54,023 nucleotides of DNA. Source: an uncultured Rikenellaceae bacterium. Lineage in GTDB: Bacteria; Bacteroidota; Bacteroidia; Bacteroidales; Rikenellaceae. Of this stretch, positions 34,552 through 44,664 are shown in pieces; the first letter of the stretch is position 1, and the number at the start of each line of letters is the position of its first letter. Both the position numbers and the translations under genes were made by a program. Under the pieces are notes generated by a model. The model had not been told where the DNA came from. It was given only the letters and a program-made list of their open reading frames with translations, and made no database searches. The stretch covers positions 1-54,023 of the forward strand of contig CAYJOF010000002.1 of assembly GCA_964371765.1 (NCBI GenBank), written 5' to 3'.

Positions 34552-34950
34552 ATGAGAAAATTTTTACTACTCCTACTTATAGTAAGTAGCCTGCCAACAA
34601 TGATAATGGCACAAGAAAACAAAGAAGATATGTATGTGTATTGTCAGCTTGTGGGACGAGGAAAATTATATAGTACAAAATATCAAATTCGCCTTGATAT
34701 GGGACAAAACACAAAATACTTCTTTACCAAGAATTTAAGTTTATTGAATGACAATGGAGAATTCATTAAACTCAAATCAATGATAGATGCTCTGAACTTT
34801 ATGACCACACAGGGATGGGAGTTTACTACGGCTTATTCTTCGTTTGTAGATGCGTCACAAAGTCCCGAAATTTTCTACCTACTGCGAAAGAAAACTAGCG
34901 AGTTAACGAGTGATGAAAAGGCAGAATTAAACAAAGGATTAAATCCTTAA
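34552..34950 (+). CDS. small secreted hypothetical protein
   Basis: Signal peptide MRKFLLLLLIVSSLPTMIMAQ. No family recognised. Confidence 0.55.
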   Translation: MRKFLLLLLIVSSLPTMIMAQENKEDMYVYCQLVGRGKLYSTKYQIRLDMGQNTKYFFTKNLSLLNDNGEFIKLKSMIDALNFMTTQGWEFTTAYSSFVDASQSPEIFYLLRKKTSELTSDEKAELNKGLNP

Positions 34951-35046
34951 AAGTCACATTCAGCACTATCAAATTTTAAAATAAAGCAAAATAAATAAGA
35001 GGGAAACATAACCATAAAATGAGCAGGCCTCTCTGGATACAAAAAA

Positions 35047-35078
35047 ACACTCTGATTATCAGGGTGTTTTTTGTTTTT
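35047..35078. terminator. bidirectional terminator between convergent genes
   Basis: A7-ACACTCTGA-TTA-TCAGGGTGT-TTTTTGTTTTT. Confidence 0.75.
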
Positions 35079-35145
35079 AAGACTATTTATATTAAGTCCG
35101 TCACACAGAAGTATTGCTCATAAGCATTAAAGCTCTCCCTAGAAA

Positions 35146-36516
35146 TTAGTAGTGTAGTATCATCAGCTCCTTTGGGTAGTTATTGTTTACTCTATTTCCT
35201 ATACGTTTTACAAAACCCAGAGGATGCGACTGGAATGTTACTATATTGTAGCCATTCTCAAATGGACTAGCATCAATGCTTTTTCTTCGCAAAAACTCCA
35301 AGGCACTCTCCCTATCGAGTTCAACCTTTGGGTAAATGCCCTCTGGAAGATTCGCCCACATAGCACAAGAGTGACTAGGCTTCAAACTTCCCTTTATTGG
35401 CTCTCCAAGTTCTATTCCAAAATAGTGAATCGACAAATTTTGAGACAAGCGATCCAGCAAGCGGAGTTGATTCTCCGAGAGAAGGTGCAGATTATTGTTA
35501 TGTTTGACTATCAAGTTATTAGTGGCGAAATCGCCCAATTTGAGGGCATCTATTTCACGATTAGAAAGTTTTTGGAACTGTGATTTACTCACTTTTGAAC
35601 TCTCTTTGCGTTCGCCTCTGTTCGACGTTCCAGATTTGCGTAAAACTGTAATAAAAATACCCTCACTCTCTACCCTATGAGGATAAAATCTGTATGATTT
35701 CACACCTTGGGTATCTGTCATTACCACCCTTTGGTCATAGAGCGGTAGTTGAATATCTACTGCCTCAACATCGAAATTATCAAGTAGCCATTCCACATTC
35801 TTTTCATTCTCTATGGTGTTGAACGTACAGGTGCTGAATATTAAATAGCCTCCTTCGTTCAGAGAGTTCCAAACATCTGCCAAAATCCTTCTACTTCGCT
35901 GCTGACACAGCTCGACACCCTCAACAGACCACTCCTCCACCGCTTTTTCGCTCTTGCGAAACATCCCCTCGCCAGAGCAGGGAACATCTGCCAAGATCAC
36001 ATCAAAGCAAGATTTTAGTTTAGAGAAATCTCGGGGATCTGACGAGGAAACTATCGTATTGCCCAAACCCCACTTTACTATGTTCTGGCGAAGAATTGAC
36101 GCCCTAGAACGAATTACCTCATTAGCCACCAAAACACCATGTGGTGAAATAAGAGAGCTTATGTGAGTTGATTTGCCTCCTGGAGCTGCACACAGATCAA
36201 GAACCGTCAGCTGGGGGTACTCTGGAAGAATAATACTCTTGAATATCTGCTCGATATACATTGAGCTAGCCTCCTGAACGTAATAAGCTCCAGCGTGGAA
36301 AAGAGGGTCTGTTGTAAATAGTTTACTCTCCAACAAGGTTCTACCCTCGCTACACCAATCTATCGCACGTCCCTCACGCTCAATCTCCTTTGCCTTTGCA
36401 GGGTTGTAGCGAATGTGTTTAACCAAAGGCTTAGAAAACGACGCAACGAAGCGTTCCAGTTCCTCACTAGAGAAATTGGAACGTATCATATCAATAAATT
36501 GTGGTTTTAGCTGCAT
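35146..36516 (-). CDS. rRNA (cytosine-C5)-methyltransferase, NOL1/NOP2/Sun family (RsmF-like)
   Basis: SAM motif DLCAAPGGKSTH and catalytic DVPCSGEGMFRK. Confidence 0.85.
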   Translation of the reverse strand: MQLKPQFIDMIRSNFSSEELERFVASFSKPLVKHIRYNPAKAKEIEREGRAIDWCSEGRTLLESKLFTTDPLFHAGAYYVQEASSMYIEQIFKSIILPEYPQLTVLDLCAAPGGKSTHISSLISPHGVLVANEVIRSRASILRQNIVKWGLGNTIVSSSDPRDFSKLKSCFDVILADVPCSGEGMFRKSEKAVEEWSVEGVELCQQRSRRILADVWNSLNEGGYLIFSTCTFNTIENEKNVEWLLDNFDVEAVDIQLPLYDQRVVMTDTQGVKSYRFYPHRVESEGIFITVLRKSGTSNRGERKESSKVSKSQFQKLSNREIDALKLGDFATNNLIVKHNNNLHLLSENQLRLLDRLSQNLSIHYFGIELGEPIKGSLKPSHSCAMWANLPEGIYPKVELDRESALEFLRRKSIDASPFENGYNIVTFQSHPLGFVKRIGNRVNNNYPKELMILHY

Positions 36517-36521
36517 CTTTA

Positions 36522-37826
36522 TTATTTTCGCACTATCTTAGCACCCAGCGCATTAAGTCGCTTATCTATGTCCTCGTAACCTCTATCAATCTGTTCGATA
36601 TTTTGAATCACACTCACTCCATTCGCCGAGAGGGCAGCCATCAACAGAGCAACTCCAGCACGAATATCTGGACTACTCATTCGTGCAGCACGCAAGGACA
36701 TTTCGTGATTATGACCTATAACTGTTGCTCTATGTGGGTCACATAAAATAATTTGAGCTCCCATATCTATCAATTTATCAACAAAGAATAGTCTACTCTC
36801 AAACATTTTTTGATGAATGAGCACCGTTCCTTTTGCCTGAATAGCCACAACCAGAAAGATTGAAAGAAGGTCGGGAGTAAGACCCGGCCAAGGCGCATCG
36901 GCTATATTCATTATAGAGCCATCCAAGAAGGATTCTATTTGGTAGGAATCCTGACGAGGGATAAAAATATCGTCGCCTCGCTGCTCAAAGCTAATTCCCA
37001 TTCTAGCAAACTGCTGAGGGATAATTCCTAGATTGTCGTAGTCTACGTTTTTTATAGTAATCTCTGAACGAGTAAGGGCAGCCAATCCTATGAAGCTACC
37101 AACCTCGATCATATCGGGCAACATTCTATGTTCAGTTCCCCCCAGACGCTCAACACCCTCAATAGTAAGCAAATTAGAGGCTATACCACTAATCTTAGCA
37201 CCCATTCTGTTGAGCATCTTACATAACTGCTGTAAATATGGCTCACAAGCAGCGTTGTAGATAGTTGTCACACCCTCTGCCATAACTGCTGCCATTACAA
37301 TATTCGCAGTACCCGTAACACTAGCCTCATCAAGTAGCATATAAGTACCTTTAAGTCTATCACAACTTAACATCGTGTAGTTCTCTACTCTATTGTGCAC
37401 CACCTTTGCCCCAAGTTTCTCGAATCCGATAAAATGGGTATCTAGTCTTCTTCGTCCAATTTTATCGCCTCCGGGTTGAGGAATAATGCCCTGTCGGAAA
37501 CGCCCTAGTAGTGCTCCTGTCAACATAATAGAGCCTCTTAGTTTGGCAGCCTCTGTACGAAACTCCAAACTCTTCATATACTCAAAGTCTATATCTTTAG
37601 CTCTAAAGCTATATTTATGATCTGCAATTTTCTTAACCTCAACCCCAATTGTGCTTAACAGCTCGATGAGCTTCATCACATCAAGAATATTGGGAATATT
37701 ATCCACTACGACCTCCTCTTCGGTGAGCAGTACTGCACACAAAATTTGGAGAGCCTCATTCTTTGCTCCCTGAGGGGTAATCTCTCCCTGCAGCTGGAAT
37801 CCTCCAGTAACCTCAAATGTTGCCAT
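36522..37826 (-). CDS. murA: UDP-N-acetylglucosamine 1-carboxyvinyltransferase
   Basis: MATFEVTGG..LQGEITPQGAKNEALQILCAVLL. First ATG at 37826 (the track start at 37844 is TTG and would overlap trkA). Confidence 0.95.
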   Translation of the reverse strand: MATFEVTGGFQLQGEITPQGAKNEALQILCAVLLTEEEVVVDNIPNILDVMKLIELLSTIGVEVKKIADHKYSFRAKDIDFEYMKSLEFRTEAAKLRGSIMLTGALLGRFRQGIIPQPGGDKIGRRRLDTHFIGFEKLGAKVVHNRVENYTMLSCDRLKGTYMLLDEASVTGTANIVMAAVMAEGVTTIYNAACEPYLQQLCKMLNRMGAKISGIASNLLTIEGVERLGGTEHRMLPDMIEVGSFIGLAALTRSEITIKNVDYDNLGIIPQQFARMGISFEQRGDDIFIPRQDSYQIESFLDGSIMNIADAPWPGLTPDLLSIFLVVAIQAKGTVLIHQKMFESRLFFVDKLIDMGAQIILCDPHRATVIGHNHEMSLRAARMSSPDIRAGVALLMAALSANGVSVIQNIEQIDRGYEDIDKRLNALGAKIVRK

Positions 37827-37840
37827 AGTATTTTGGTTTA

Positions 37841-39214
37841 TCAATTAAAAAAGTGTGGTAATTTTGCTATCGTGTTAGGTAGTGCAAATACCACTACCCT
37901 ATCATAGGCCTTAATCTGAAAATCTGCTGTTGCTATATATACGCTGTCGCCTCTTACAATACCTCCTATAATTGCATCGTCTGGCCACGGAGTGTTGCGG
38001 ATAGTGTTGCGAGTGATCAAGCTATTTGGTTTGGCAATAAATTCCAAAACCTCAGCGTCACACCCATTCAAACAACGAATAGATTGCACGTCAGTGCTTA
38101 GAGTAAATCTAAAGATTGTTCCTGCCGTTACTAGTTTTTTGTTAATGATTGTATCAATACCCATCTTCTCGGCTAGGTTAATGTAGTTAAAATCCTCAAC
38201 CTCAGCTATCACCTTTCTTACGCCTAGTTTTTTAGCCAACATAGCAGCCAAGATATTGTTCTCGGAACTTGGAGTCAAAGAGATAAACACATCGGTATTC
38301 TCCAAATCTTCGTCATAGAGAATATCTATATCACGCCCCTCACTGTTGATAACTAGGGTATTCTCGAGGGAATCGGCAAGCTTTTCGGCCTTATCTTTAT
38401 TGTAGTCTATCAGCTTAACGTGTACCCTGTATTGTAACTCTCGGGCTATCTTCTCCGCAATCTGACCACCTCCTAGAATCATTATAGAGTTAATCTTAAT
38501 ATTCTCCATACCGATAAAGGTGTTGATACGGCTAGAGTAGCGATTATCTACTATCACATATATTGTATCTCCTTCTCTAATATAATTGTGGCGACGAGGG
38601 ATAATGGTCTCATCATCACGAGAGATAGCAACAACTCTAAAAGGAAGATCCTTAGCCTTATCCTCGGATTTTAAGAGAGTTTTACTTGCAGAGCTGCCAA
38701 TGTCGACAAGTCGCTTATCGGCTAGCGGGGATTGTGCTCCAATTTTAAACACCATCAGAGAGAGCTTCCCACCAGAGAAATTCACAAATTCGGTGGTTGC
38801 AGTATTCCCAAGTAAGGTCATAACTTCTTGAGCTGCAATTTTTTCAGGATAGAACATATAGTCTATACCTAGGTTTATGAGCACCTCTTTATTGTAGGGT
38901 TCAAGATAGGCATCGCTATCAATACGCGCGATACACTTCTTTGCACCCAACTGCTTTGCAAGAATAGCAGAGAGTATGTTGTTACTTTGTTGGGGATATA
39001 CCGATATAAAAAGATTACATTTAGCTATCTTAGCACGCTTAAGTATCTCAAAATCCTTTGCATCTCCGTTTATAGTATAGACGTCCGATATTAGCGAGAC
39101 CTGCTCCAAAAGTTTCGGATCACTATCAATAATGGTTATGTCGTGGAACTCCTCGGTAAGCATCTTTGCTAGATGCTGCCCCACCTCTCCTGCTCCTGCA
39201 ATTACAATTTTCAT
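37841..39214 (-). CDS. trkA: Trk potassium uptake system NAD-binding protein TrkA
   Basis: Two RCK/TrkA-N units (MKIVIAGAGEVGQHLA..., IMILGGGQIAEKIA...). Confidence 0.92.
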   Translation of the reverse strand: MKIVIAGAGEVGQHLAKMLTEEFHDITIIDSDPKLLEQVSLISDVYTINGDAKDFEILKRAKIAKCNLFISVYPQQSNNILSAILAKQLGAKKCIARIDSDAYLEPYNKEVLINLGIDYMFYPEKIAAQEVMTLLGNTATTEFVNFSGGKLSLMVFKIGAQSPLADKRLVDIGSSASKTLLKSEDKAKDLPFRVVAISRDDETIIPRRHNYIREGDTIYVIVDNRYSSRINTFIGMENIKINSIMILGGGQIAEKIARELQYRVHVKLIDYNKDKAEKLADSLENTLVINSEGRDIDILYDEDLENTDVFISLTPSSENNILAAMLAKKLGVRKVIAEVEDFNYINLAEKMGIDTIINKKLVTAGTIFRFTLSTDVQSIRCLNGCDAEVLEFIAKPNSLITRNTIRNTPWPDDAIIGGIVRGDSVYIATADFQIKAYDRVVVFALPNTIAKLPHFFN

Positions 39215-39259
39215 ATCTCTTACTCAATTTCTTGGGGAATAAAATAGCCTTATGCTCAA

Positions 39260-39267
39260 CAAATGTA
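39260..39267 (-). promoter_or_regulatory. -7 box TACATTTG (minus strand)
   Basis: 46 nt upstream of the trkA start. Likely promoter of trkA-murA-rsmF. Confidence 0.45.
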
Positions 39268-39335
39268 ATAATAATTTCTTAAATAACTCCCCTCGATGCA
39301 TAGAATTATTCACATAAGCTGAGCTTATTGTAAAA

Positions 39336-39926
39336 TTACTCCTTTTCGGTATACCAGTAATTACTGAAGTTGTAGTGTCTAAAGGCGGGTGCTTTTTTAT
39401 CTCTATCGGTCACATTTAGATACTTCACATCAATATCATACCTCTCAAATTGCCAATCTACTACCAATATCGGATCGTTCCAAATAATTGCCGACTCATC
39501 TTTAGGGTCGTAATAGTTGGTGCATTTGTATAGTAATTCTGTGCCATTCTCTAAACTCATAAAGGCGTGTCCAAACTGCTCTGGGATCCAGAACATACGC
39601 CCATTCTCTGCCGATAGTTCAACCGAGTGCGATGCTCCAAAGGTTGGGCTATCTGGGCGAAGGTCTACTGCCACATCCAGCACTGCTCCAGCGACAACTC
39701 TTACGAGTCTGCCCTGTGGGCAGGTGCGTTGAAAGTGAACTCCTCGCAAAACACCTCTCGATGCTTTGAGGTGTATATCCTGTACAAATTCCTCTTCGAT
39801 ACCTATCTCTAGAAAATCTCTCTGAGAGTAACTCTCCATAAAGAAGCCGTGTTTGTCGCTATTGCGAGTTGGTTCTATAACCAAGAGATCCTTTATTGGA
39901 GTCTCTATTACATTAAATTTTGCCAT
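39336..39926 (-). CDS. rfbC: dTDP-4-dehydrorhamnose 3,5-epimerase
   Basis: RGVLRGVHFQ, cupin fold pattern, FWIPEQFGHAF. Confidence 0.92.
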   Translation of the reverse strand: MAKFNVIETPIKDLLVIEPTRNSDKHGFFMESYSQRDFLEIGIEEEFVQDIHLKASRGVLRGVHFQRTCPQGRLVRVVAGAVLDVAVDLRPDSPTFGASHSVELSAENGRMFWIPEQFGHAFMSLENGTELLYKCTNYYDPKDESAIIWNDPILVVDWQFERYDIDVKYLNVTDRDKKAPAFRHYNFSNYWYTEKE

Positions 39927-39927
39927 A

Positions 39928-41211
39928 TTAGTTACACTTCTCCACCATTATATCCAACATTATTTTGTCTGTCTGACTCATACCCTCACTACCTATTCTA
40001 CCTAGGTTTATGATTGTTTTCTCGATAGAGTCATCGATAATTCCATCGTTTGAAGAGATACATACTCCCTCAAGAGCCAACAGAGTGGATTGAACTGCAC
40101 AAGAGACCCCAGTAGCCACTTTCAATGCACAGCCAACCTTTGCTCCGTCACAAACCATACCCGTAATATTTCCCATCATATTTTTTAGGGCAGAACACAC
40201 CTCTGTGTAGCCTCCTCCCAATAGATAGGCAATACCACACGCTGCTCCTGATGAAGCAACCACACATCCACATAGAGCAGATAATCTACCTAAGTGGCTC
40301 TTAATGTGGATAGCTGTTAGGTGGCTAAGTGCTAAGGCACGAATCAATTGCTCTTGGTTAGAGCCCAGTTTTTGAGCCGTAGCCACAACAGGCATTGTAA
40401 CTGTAATTCCTTGATTACCACTACCTGAATTACTCATTGCTGGAAGAACACATCCTGCCATACGAGCATCACTTGCTGCTGAGGTTAGCGCCATAGCATA
40501 GCTCATCAATGAATCTCCTACTATATCTTTTTGCTTTGGATCATATAGCATCTTACCTACCTGAAGTCCATAACTCTTTGATAAGCCTTCGTTGGCTAAG
40601 GTCATATTTAGGTCGCGCGCCTCCAACATAAATGCTATTCGCTCCAACTCTACGGTCATTGCAAAATCAAAAATTTTCTGAACTGTCATATCCGCTGCAC
40701 GAGTATCGATAGAGTGCGCCTCCCCCTCTTGGTCAGTGGCTTGGTTTTGCTCTATGCTCTTGCCGTTGATAGTGACTGAGGTGATATTGTCATGGCGTTC
40801 TTGAATCTCTACACGAGTCTCTCCCTCTGGCGATATTGCAACTGCAGCAATAAATAGCTTCTCCTCGGTATCAGCCAGTTTAATATCTATCATTCCAGCT
40901 GTGATCAACTCATTGGCTCTTTGAGCACTTTGAGGACAAACCTCTTTAAGTACCTCTAGTCCATAACAGCTCTTGCCACACACAACACTTAATGCTGCCG
41001 CAATATCAAGGCCAATCATTCCTGTGCCGGGTATTCCTACGCCCATTCCATTCTTTAGGATATTTGCACTCACCTCTACCACCACCTTAGTAGGCTCTAG
41101 GGTAGAAACCTCACAAGCCTTTGCAACTGCAAGTGCAACGGCAATCGGTTCGGTACAGCCTAATGCAGGTTTAACCTCCTGCTTTAGGATATCGATATAC
41201 AATTCTGTCAT
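39928..41211 (-). CDS. UPF0597 / L-cysteine desulfidase-family (serine dehydratase alpha-like) protein
   Basis: VKPALGCTEPIAVALAVAKA N-terminus and C-terminal GMVCDGAKVGCALK. Confidence 0.85.
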   Translation of the reverse strand: MTELYIDILKQEVKPALGCTEPIAVALAVAKACEVSTLEPTKVVVEVSANILKNGMGVGIPGTGMIGLDIAAALSVVCGKSCYGLEVLKEVCPQSAQRANELITAGMIDIKLADTEEKLFIAAVAISPEGETRVEIQERHDNITSVTINGKSIEQNQATDQEGEAHSIDTRAADMTVQKIFDFAMTVELERIAFMLEARDLNMTLANEGLSKSYGLQVGKMLYDPKQKDIVGDSLMSYAMALTSAASDARMAGCVLPAMSNSGSGNQGITVTMPVVATAQKLGSNQEQLIRALALSHLTAIHIKSHLGRLSALCGCVVASSGAACGIAYLLGGGYTEVCSALKNMMGNITGMVCDGAKVGCALKVATGVSCAVQSTLLALEGVCISSNDGIIDDSIEKTIINLGRIGSEGMSQTDKIMLDIMVEKCN

Positions 41212-41217
41212 ACTTAT

Positions 41218-43227
41218 TTATTTTTTTAATCTCTTTTCCAATTCAATTAATCTGTCTCTATGTATAGTAGCTTTTGCAAAGTCTAACGATTTTGCAGCTT
41301 GATTCATCGCCTCTCGCTCCTTGTCGATCTCCTGCTGTAGATCATCTCCCCACACCGCTTTTGATTGCGCTACCATTCGTTGCTTGCTACGCTGCAACTC
41401 TCTATAATCTACAGGTTCAGATTGTGGCTCTTGGCTACGCTCAAATACCTGACTCACTCGTTTAACAATCTGTGTAGGAACTATGTTGTTGCGTTCGTTA
41501 TAGGTCATCTGCTTCTGGCGACGGCGATTTGTTGCATCAATTGTCTGACGCATTGCATTGGAGATTCGGTCTGCAAACATAATCACGTGCCCATTCACAT
41601 TCCTTGCAGCACGCCCTGCCGTCTGAGTCATAGATCGCTCTGTGCGCAAGAAACCCTCTTTGTCTGCATCCATAATAATCACCAATGACACCTCTGGCAT
41701 ATCCAAACCCTCTCTAAGAAGATTAACTCCGATAAGCACGTCAAACATTCCAATCCTATACTCCTCAAGTATCTTTACTCGCTCCACATTATCTATATCG
41801 GAATGGATATATTGACAACGAATAGAGGCTCTTTCCATATATTTGGACAACTCCTCCGCCATACGTTTTGTTAGCGTGGTTATCAACACCCTCTCATCTC
41901 GTTTTATTACTGGGTCTATGCGTTCGAATATGGTATCTATCTGATTTTCTGTCGGGATAATCTCAATTTGTGGGTCTAGTAGTCCTGTTGGACGTATAAA
42001 CTGTTCTACGATTAGCCCTTCTGACTTTATGATTTCATAATCTGCTGGTGTTGCACTCACGTAGATTGTTTGTTTGGTGAGCTGCTCAAATTCATCAAAA
42101 ATTAGTGGGCGATTATCAAATGCAGATGGAAGTCTAAAGCCAAACTCCACAAGATTCTCTTTTCTAGCCCTGTCGCCTCCATACATACCTCGTATTTGAG
42201 GTAGTGAGACGTGGCTTTCGTCTACTATTGTCAAGAAATCTTCTGGAAAGTAGTCTATCAGGCAGAATGGTCTACTGCCTGCCTTTCTGCCATCGAAGTA
42301 GCGAGAGTAGTTCTCAATACCCGAACAATAACCCACCTCCTTGATCATCTCGAGGTCATACTCTACACGACTTTTCAGTCGATTTGCCTCTGCACTCTTA
42401 CCCATATCCATCAACTCATTGTGACGGACAAAAAGATCATCTTGAATCTCTCTAATAGAATTATTTACACGCTCCTTTGTTGCCACAAACAACTTTGCTG
42501 GGCGCACCACTACCCTATCTCGCTCCTCTAGTGGAGATCTACTAACAGGGTCTATTATTGTTATCTGCTCTATCTTATTTCCATAAAAACGAACTCTAAA
42601 TGCCGTATCGCTACCCGATATATAAACCTCAAGCGTATCGCCACGCACGATAAACAATCCACTCTCAAACTCCACCTCGCTACGCACATAAAGAGCTGTA
42701 TTGAGATCGTGCATCACCTTGGAGATAGCCACACTTTGCCCAACTTTCAACTCTATTGTTAGAGCCTGAAAGTCGTCTGGATTACCTATGCCATAAATAC
42801 AGGATACGGTAGCTACAATAATAATATCACGACGCCCCGACAATAGAGCCGAAGAGGCTGCTATACGCATTTTGTCAATCTCATCGTTTATCGCTAAATC
42901 CTTTTCGATATAGGTATCGGTAGTAGGCAGATAGGCCTCTGGTTGATAGTAGTCGTAGTAGGACACAAAGTAGTGAACGGCATTATCGGGAAAGAATCCC
43001 TTAAATTCGTTGTACAATTGTGCTGCAAGGGTCTTGTTATGACTTAGAATCAGGGTAGGTCGATTCTGCTGGGCAATCACATTTGCCATTGTAAAGGTCT
43101 TACCAGAACCCGTCACACCATTGAGAGTGATATAGTTAACATCTTCCTCAAGGAGTTGGTTGATCTTCGCTATCGCCTCTGGCTGGTCGCCCGTAGGTTT
43201 ATAGTCTGCAACAAGTTTAAGATTCAT
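41218..43227 (-). CDS. uvrB: excinuclease ABC subunit B
   Basis: GVTGSGKTFTMANVI Walker A, DESH box, C-terminal UVR domain. Confidence 0.97.
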   Translation of the reverse strand: MNLKLVADYKPTGDQPEAIAKINQLLEEDVNYITLNGVTGSGKTFTMANVIAQQNRPTLILSHNKTLAAQLYNEFKGFFPDNAVHYFVSYYDYYQPEAYLPTTDTYIEKDLAINDEIDKMRIAASSALLSGRRDIIIVATVSCIYGIGNPDDFQALTIELKVGQSVAISKVMHDLNTALYVRSEVEFESGLFIVRGDTLEVYISGSDTAFRVRFYGNKIEQITIIDPVSRSPLEERDRVVVRPAKLFVATKERVNNSIREIQDDLFVRHNELMDMGKSAEANRLKSRVEYDLEMIKEVGYCSGIENYSRYFDGRKAGSRPFCLIDYFPEDFLTIVDESHVSLPQIRGMYGGDRARKENLVEFGFRLPSAFDNRPLIFDEFEQLTKQTIYVSATPADYEIIKSEGLIVEQFIRPTGLLDPQIEIIPTENQIDTIFERIDPVIKRDERVLITTLTKRMAEELSKYMERASIRCQYIHSDIDNVERVKILEEYRIGMFDVLIGVNLLREGLDMPEVSLVIIMDADKEGFLRTERSMTQTAGRAARNVNGHVIMFADRISNAMRQTIDATNRRRQKQMTYNERNNIVPTQIVKRVSQVFERSQEPQSEPVDYRELQRSKQRMVAQSKAVWGDDLQQEIDKEREAMNQAAKSLDFAKATIHRDRLIELEKRLKK

Positions 43228-43247
43228 AGTAAGAGTAATTTATCCTA

Positions 43248-43255
43248 CAAAAGTA
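43248..43255 (-). promoter_or_regulatory. -7 box TACTTTTG (minus strand)
   Basis: 21 nt upstream of the uvrB start. Confidence 0.45.
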
Positions 43256-43282
43256 ATGTTTTTTTTCAACTCCTACAATAGC

Positions 43283-43320
43283 AAAAAACAAGTGCACAGA
43301 AACTCATCTCTGCGCACTTG
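43283..43320 (-). terminator. intrinsic terminator of the LRR lipoprotein gene
   Basis: On the minus strand: CAAGTGCGCAGA-loop-TCTGTGCACTTG followed by TTTTTT. Confidence 0.7.
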
Positions 43321-43346
43321 TTGTAAAATATCTTCTGCTATAACGA

Positions 43347-44654
43347 TTATAGAGTAAAACCAGTTCCGTTCTGGGGGTAAATGTATAGCTCAGGTTGCCA
43401 ATCGTACCAGTTTATGTTATTGGTATAACTAGACGGAATTGCTCCTGAGAAGTAGTTATTCATTATGATGAACATTCCCAAATTTCTATTCTGCCCCAAT
43501 TTAACTGGAAGAGTTCCTGAGAAGTTACAACTATTGATATCGATAAAATTCAATGCCGCCAAATCGCCTAGCTCCTCAGGCAAAGTTCCTGAGAATTTCG
43601 TGTCGTAGATAGACAATGAAATTAATCCTGACATATATGTAATTTCTGGGCTTAGAGTTCCCTCTAGCTCGCTATTTTCGCCTAGTCGTAGATTCTCCAA
43701 AAACTTAAGCTTGAATAAAGCATCGCTAACTACGCCCGAGATTTGATTCTTCTCTAGCCACAGTAGTTTTAGGTGGGCTATATTTAGCAGTTCATTTGGG
43801 AACACACCAACAAGATTATTATTAAGCATATTTACTCCGACCACTCGAAGCTCCTTGCCTCCAGAATATTCAACAGAATCAAGCGAGACACCCTTCCATT
43901 GTGAGAGTGGTAGCGAGGTATCCCACGGAGATTTCCACTCTGCTCCTCTTGTCTGCTCATAAAGTTTTAGCAAGTTAAGACTATCGGTCTTGAGGTTACT
44001 ATTTCCATCTTGGAAGACCTCTATCTCTAACTCAACACTTGTGTCTGAAGTGCCCTCTAGGCGTATTGCATCGTATCGAACGTGAGGGTCAATATTCTGA
44101 CTTATCTCAATATCCATCTCAAATTTAACATCCTCTGTCGAAGGATCAAAACCGACCTCTCGCAGATCAATCACCTTAATCCAACTTGGAATGTGGGCAA
44201 TTTGCCACTCAACATTAGCCGTAAGATTGATAGTTTTTGTACTGCTTGGACTCGGAACTCTTAAGTTAGTAAGATCGGTGCTAATACCATTAGGGATAGC
44301 CTCTTGATAGATGGTTAAGATACGAGGAGAGGTACCCTCCACGTCAAATATCACATCAACTTTCGTTTCTCTCTCAAAGCGAGTAGGGTTAGCGGCAATA
44401 AAAATTCGTATTGTATCCTCTGGAACAAGTGGCGCACCTGAAGCTACCTCAGGGACTACCCACTCATTTCGTGGAACAATTTCCCAATCCCATACTGAAT
44501 ACAAAATAAGCTCCATCGTATCTGCCTCATATCCAGCAGTAAATGCCGTTGGCGTGATCCAGTCGGTTGCCTCTTCATCTTTCTTGCAAGAGAAAATCGA
44601 CGAGCATAGCAACACTAGGACAACTCCACAAATTAATTTTGAAATATAATTCAT
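43347..44654 (-). CDS. lipoprotein with BACON-like N-terminal domains and C-terminal plant-type leucine-rich repeats
   Basis: Lipobox SSIFSCK. BACON-like segments (TMELILYSVWDWEIV, INLTANVEWQI). LRRs carrying SGTLP/SGAIP. Confidence 0.75.
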   Translation of the reverse strand: MNYISKLICGVVLVLLCSSIFSCKKDEEATDWITPTAFTAGYEADTMELILYSVWDWEIVPRNEWVVPEVASGAPLVPEDTIRIFIAANPTRFERETKVDVIFDVEGTSPRILTIYQEAIPNGISTDLTNLRVPSPSSTKTINLTANVEWQIAHIPSWIKVIDLREVGFDPSTEDVKFEMDIEISQNIDPHVRYDAIRLEGTSDTSVELEIEVFQDGNSNLKTDSLNLLKLYEQTRGAEWKSPWDTSLPLSQWKGVSLDSVEYSGGKELRVVGVNMLNNNLVGVFPNELLNIAHLKLLWLEKNQISGVVSDALFKLKFLENLRLGENSELEGTLSPEITYMSGLISLSIYDTKFSGTLPEELGDLAALNFIDINSCNFSGTLPVKLGQNRNLGMFIIMNNYFSGAIPSSYTNNINWYDWQPELYIYPQNGTGFTL

Positions 44655-44664
44655 CGTCTATATA

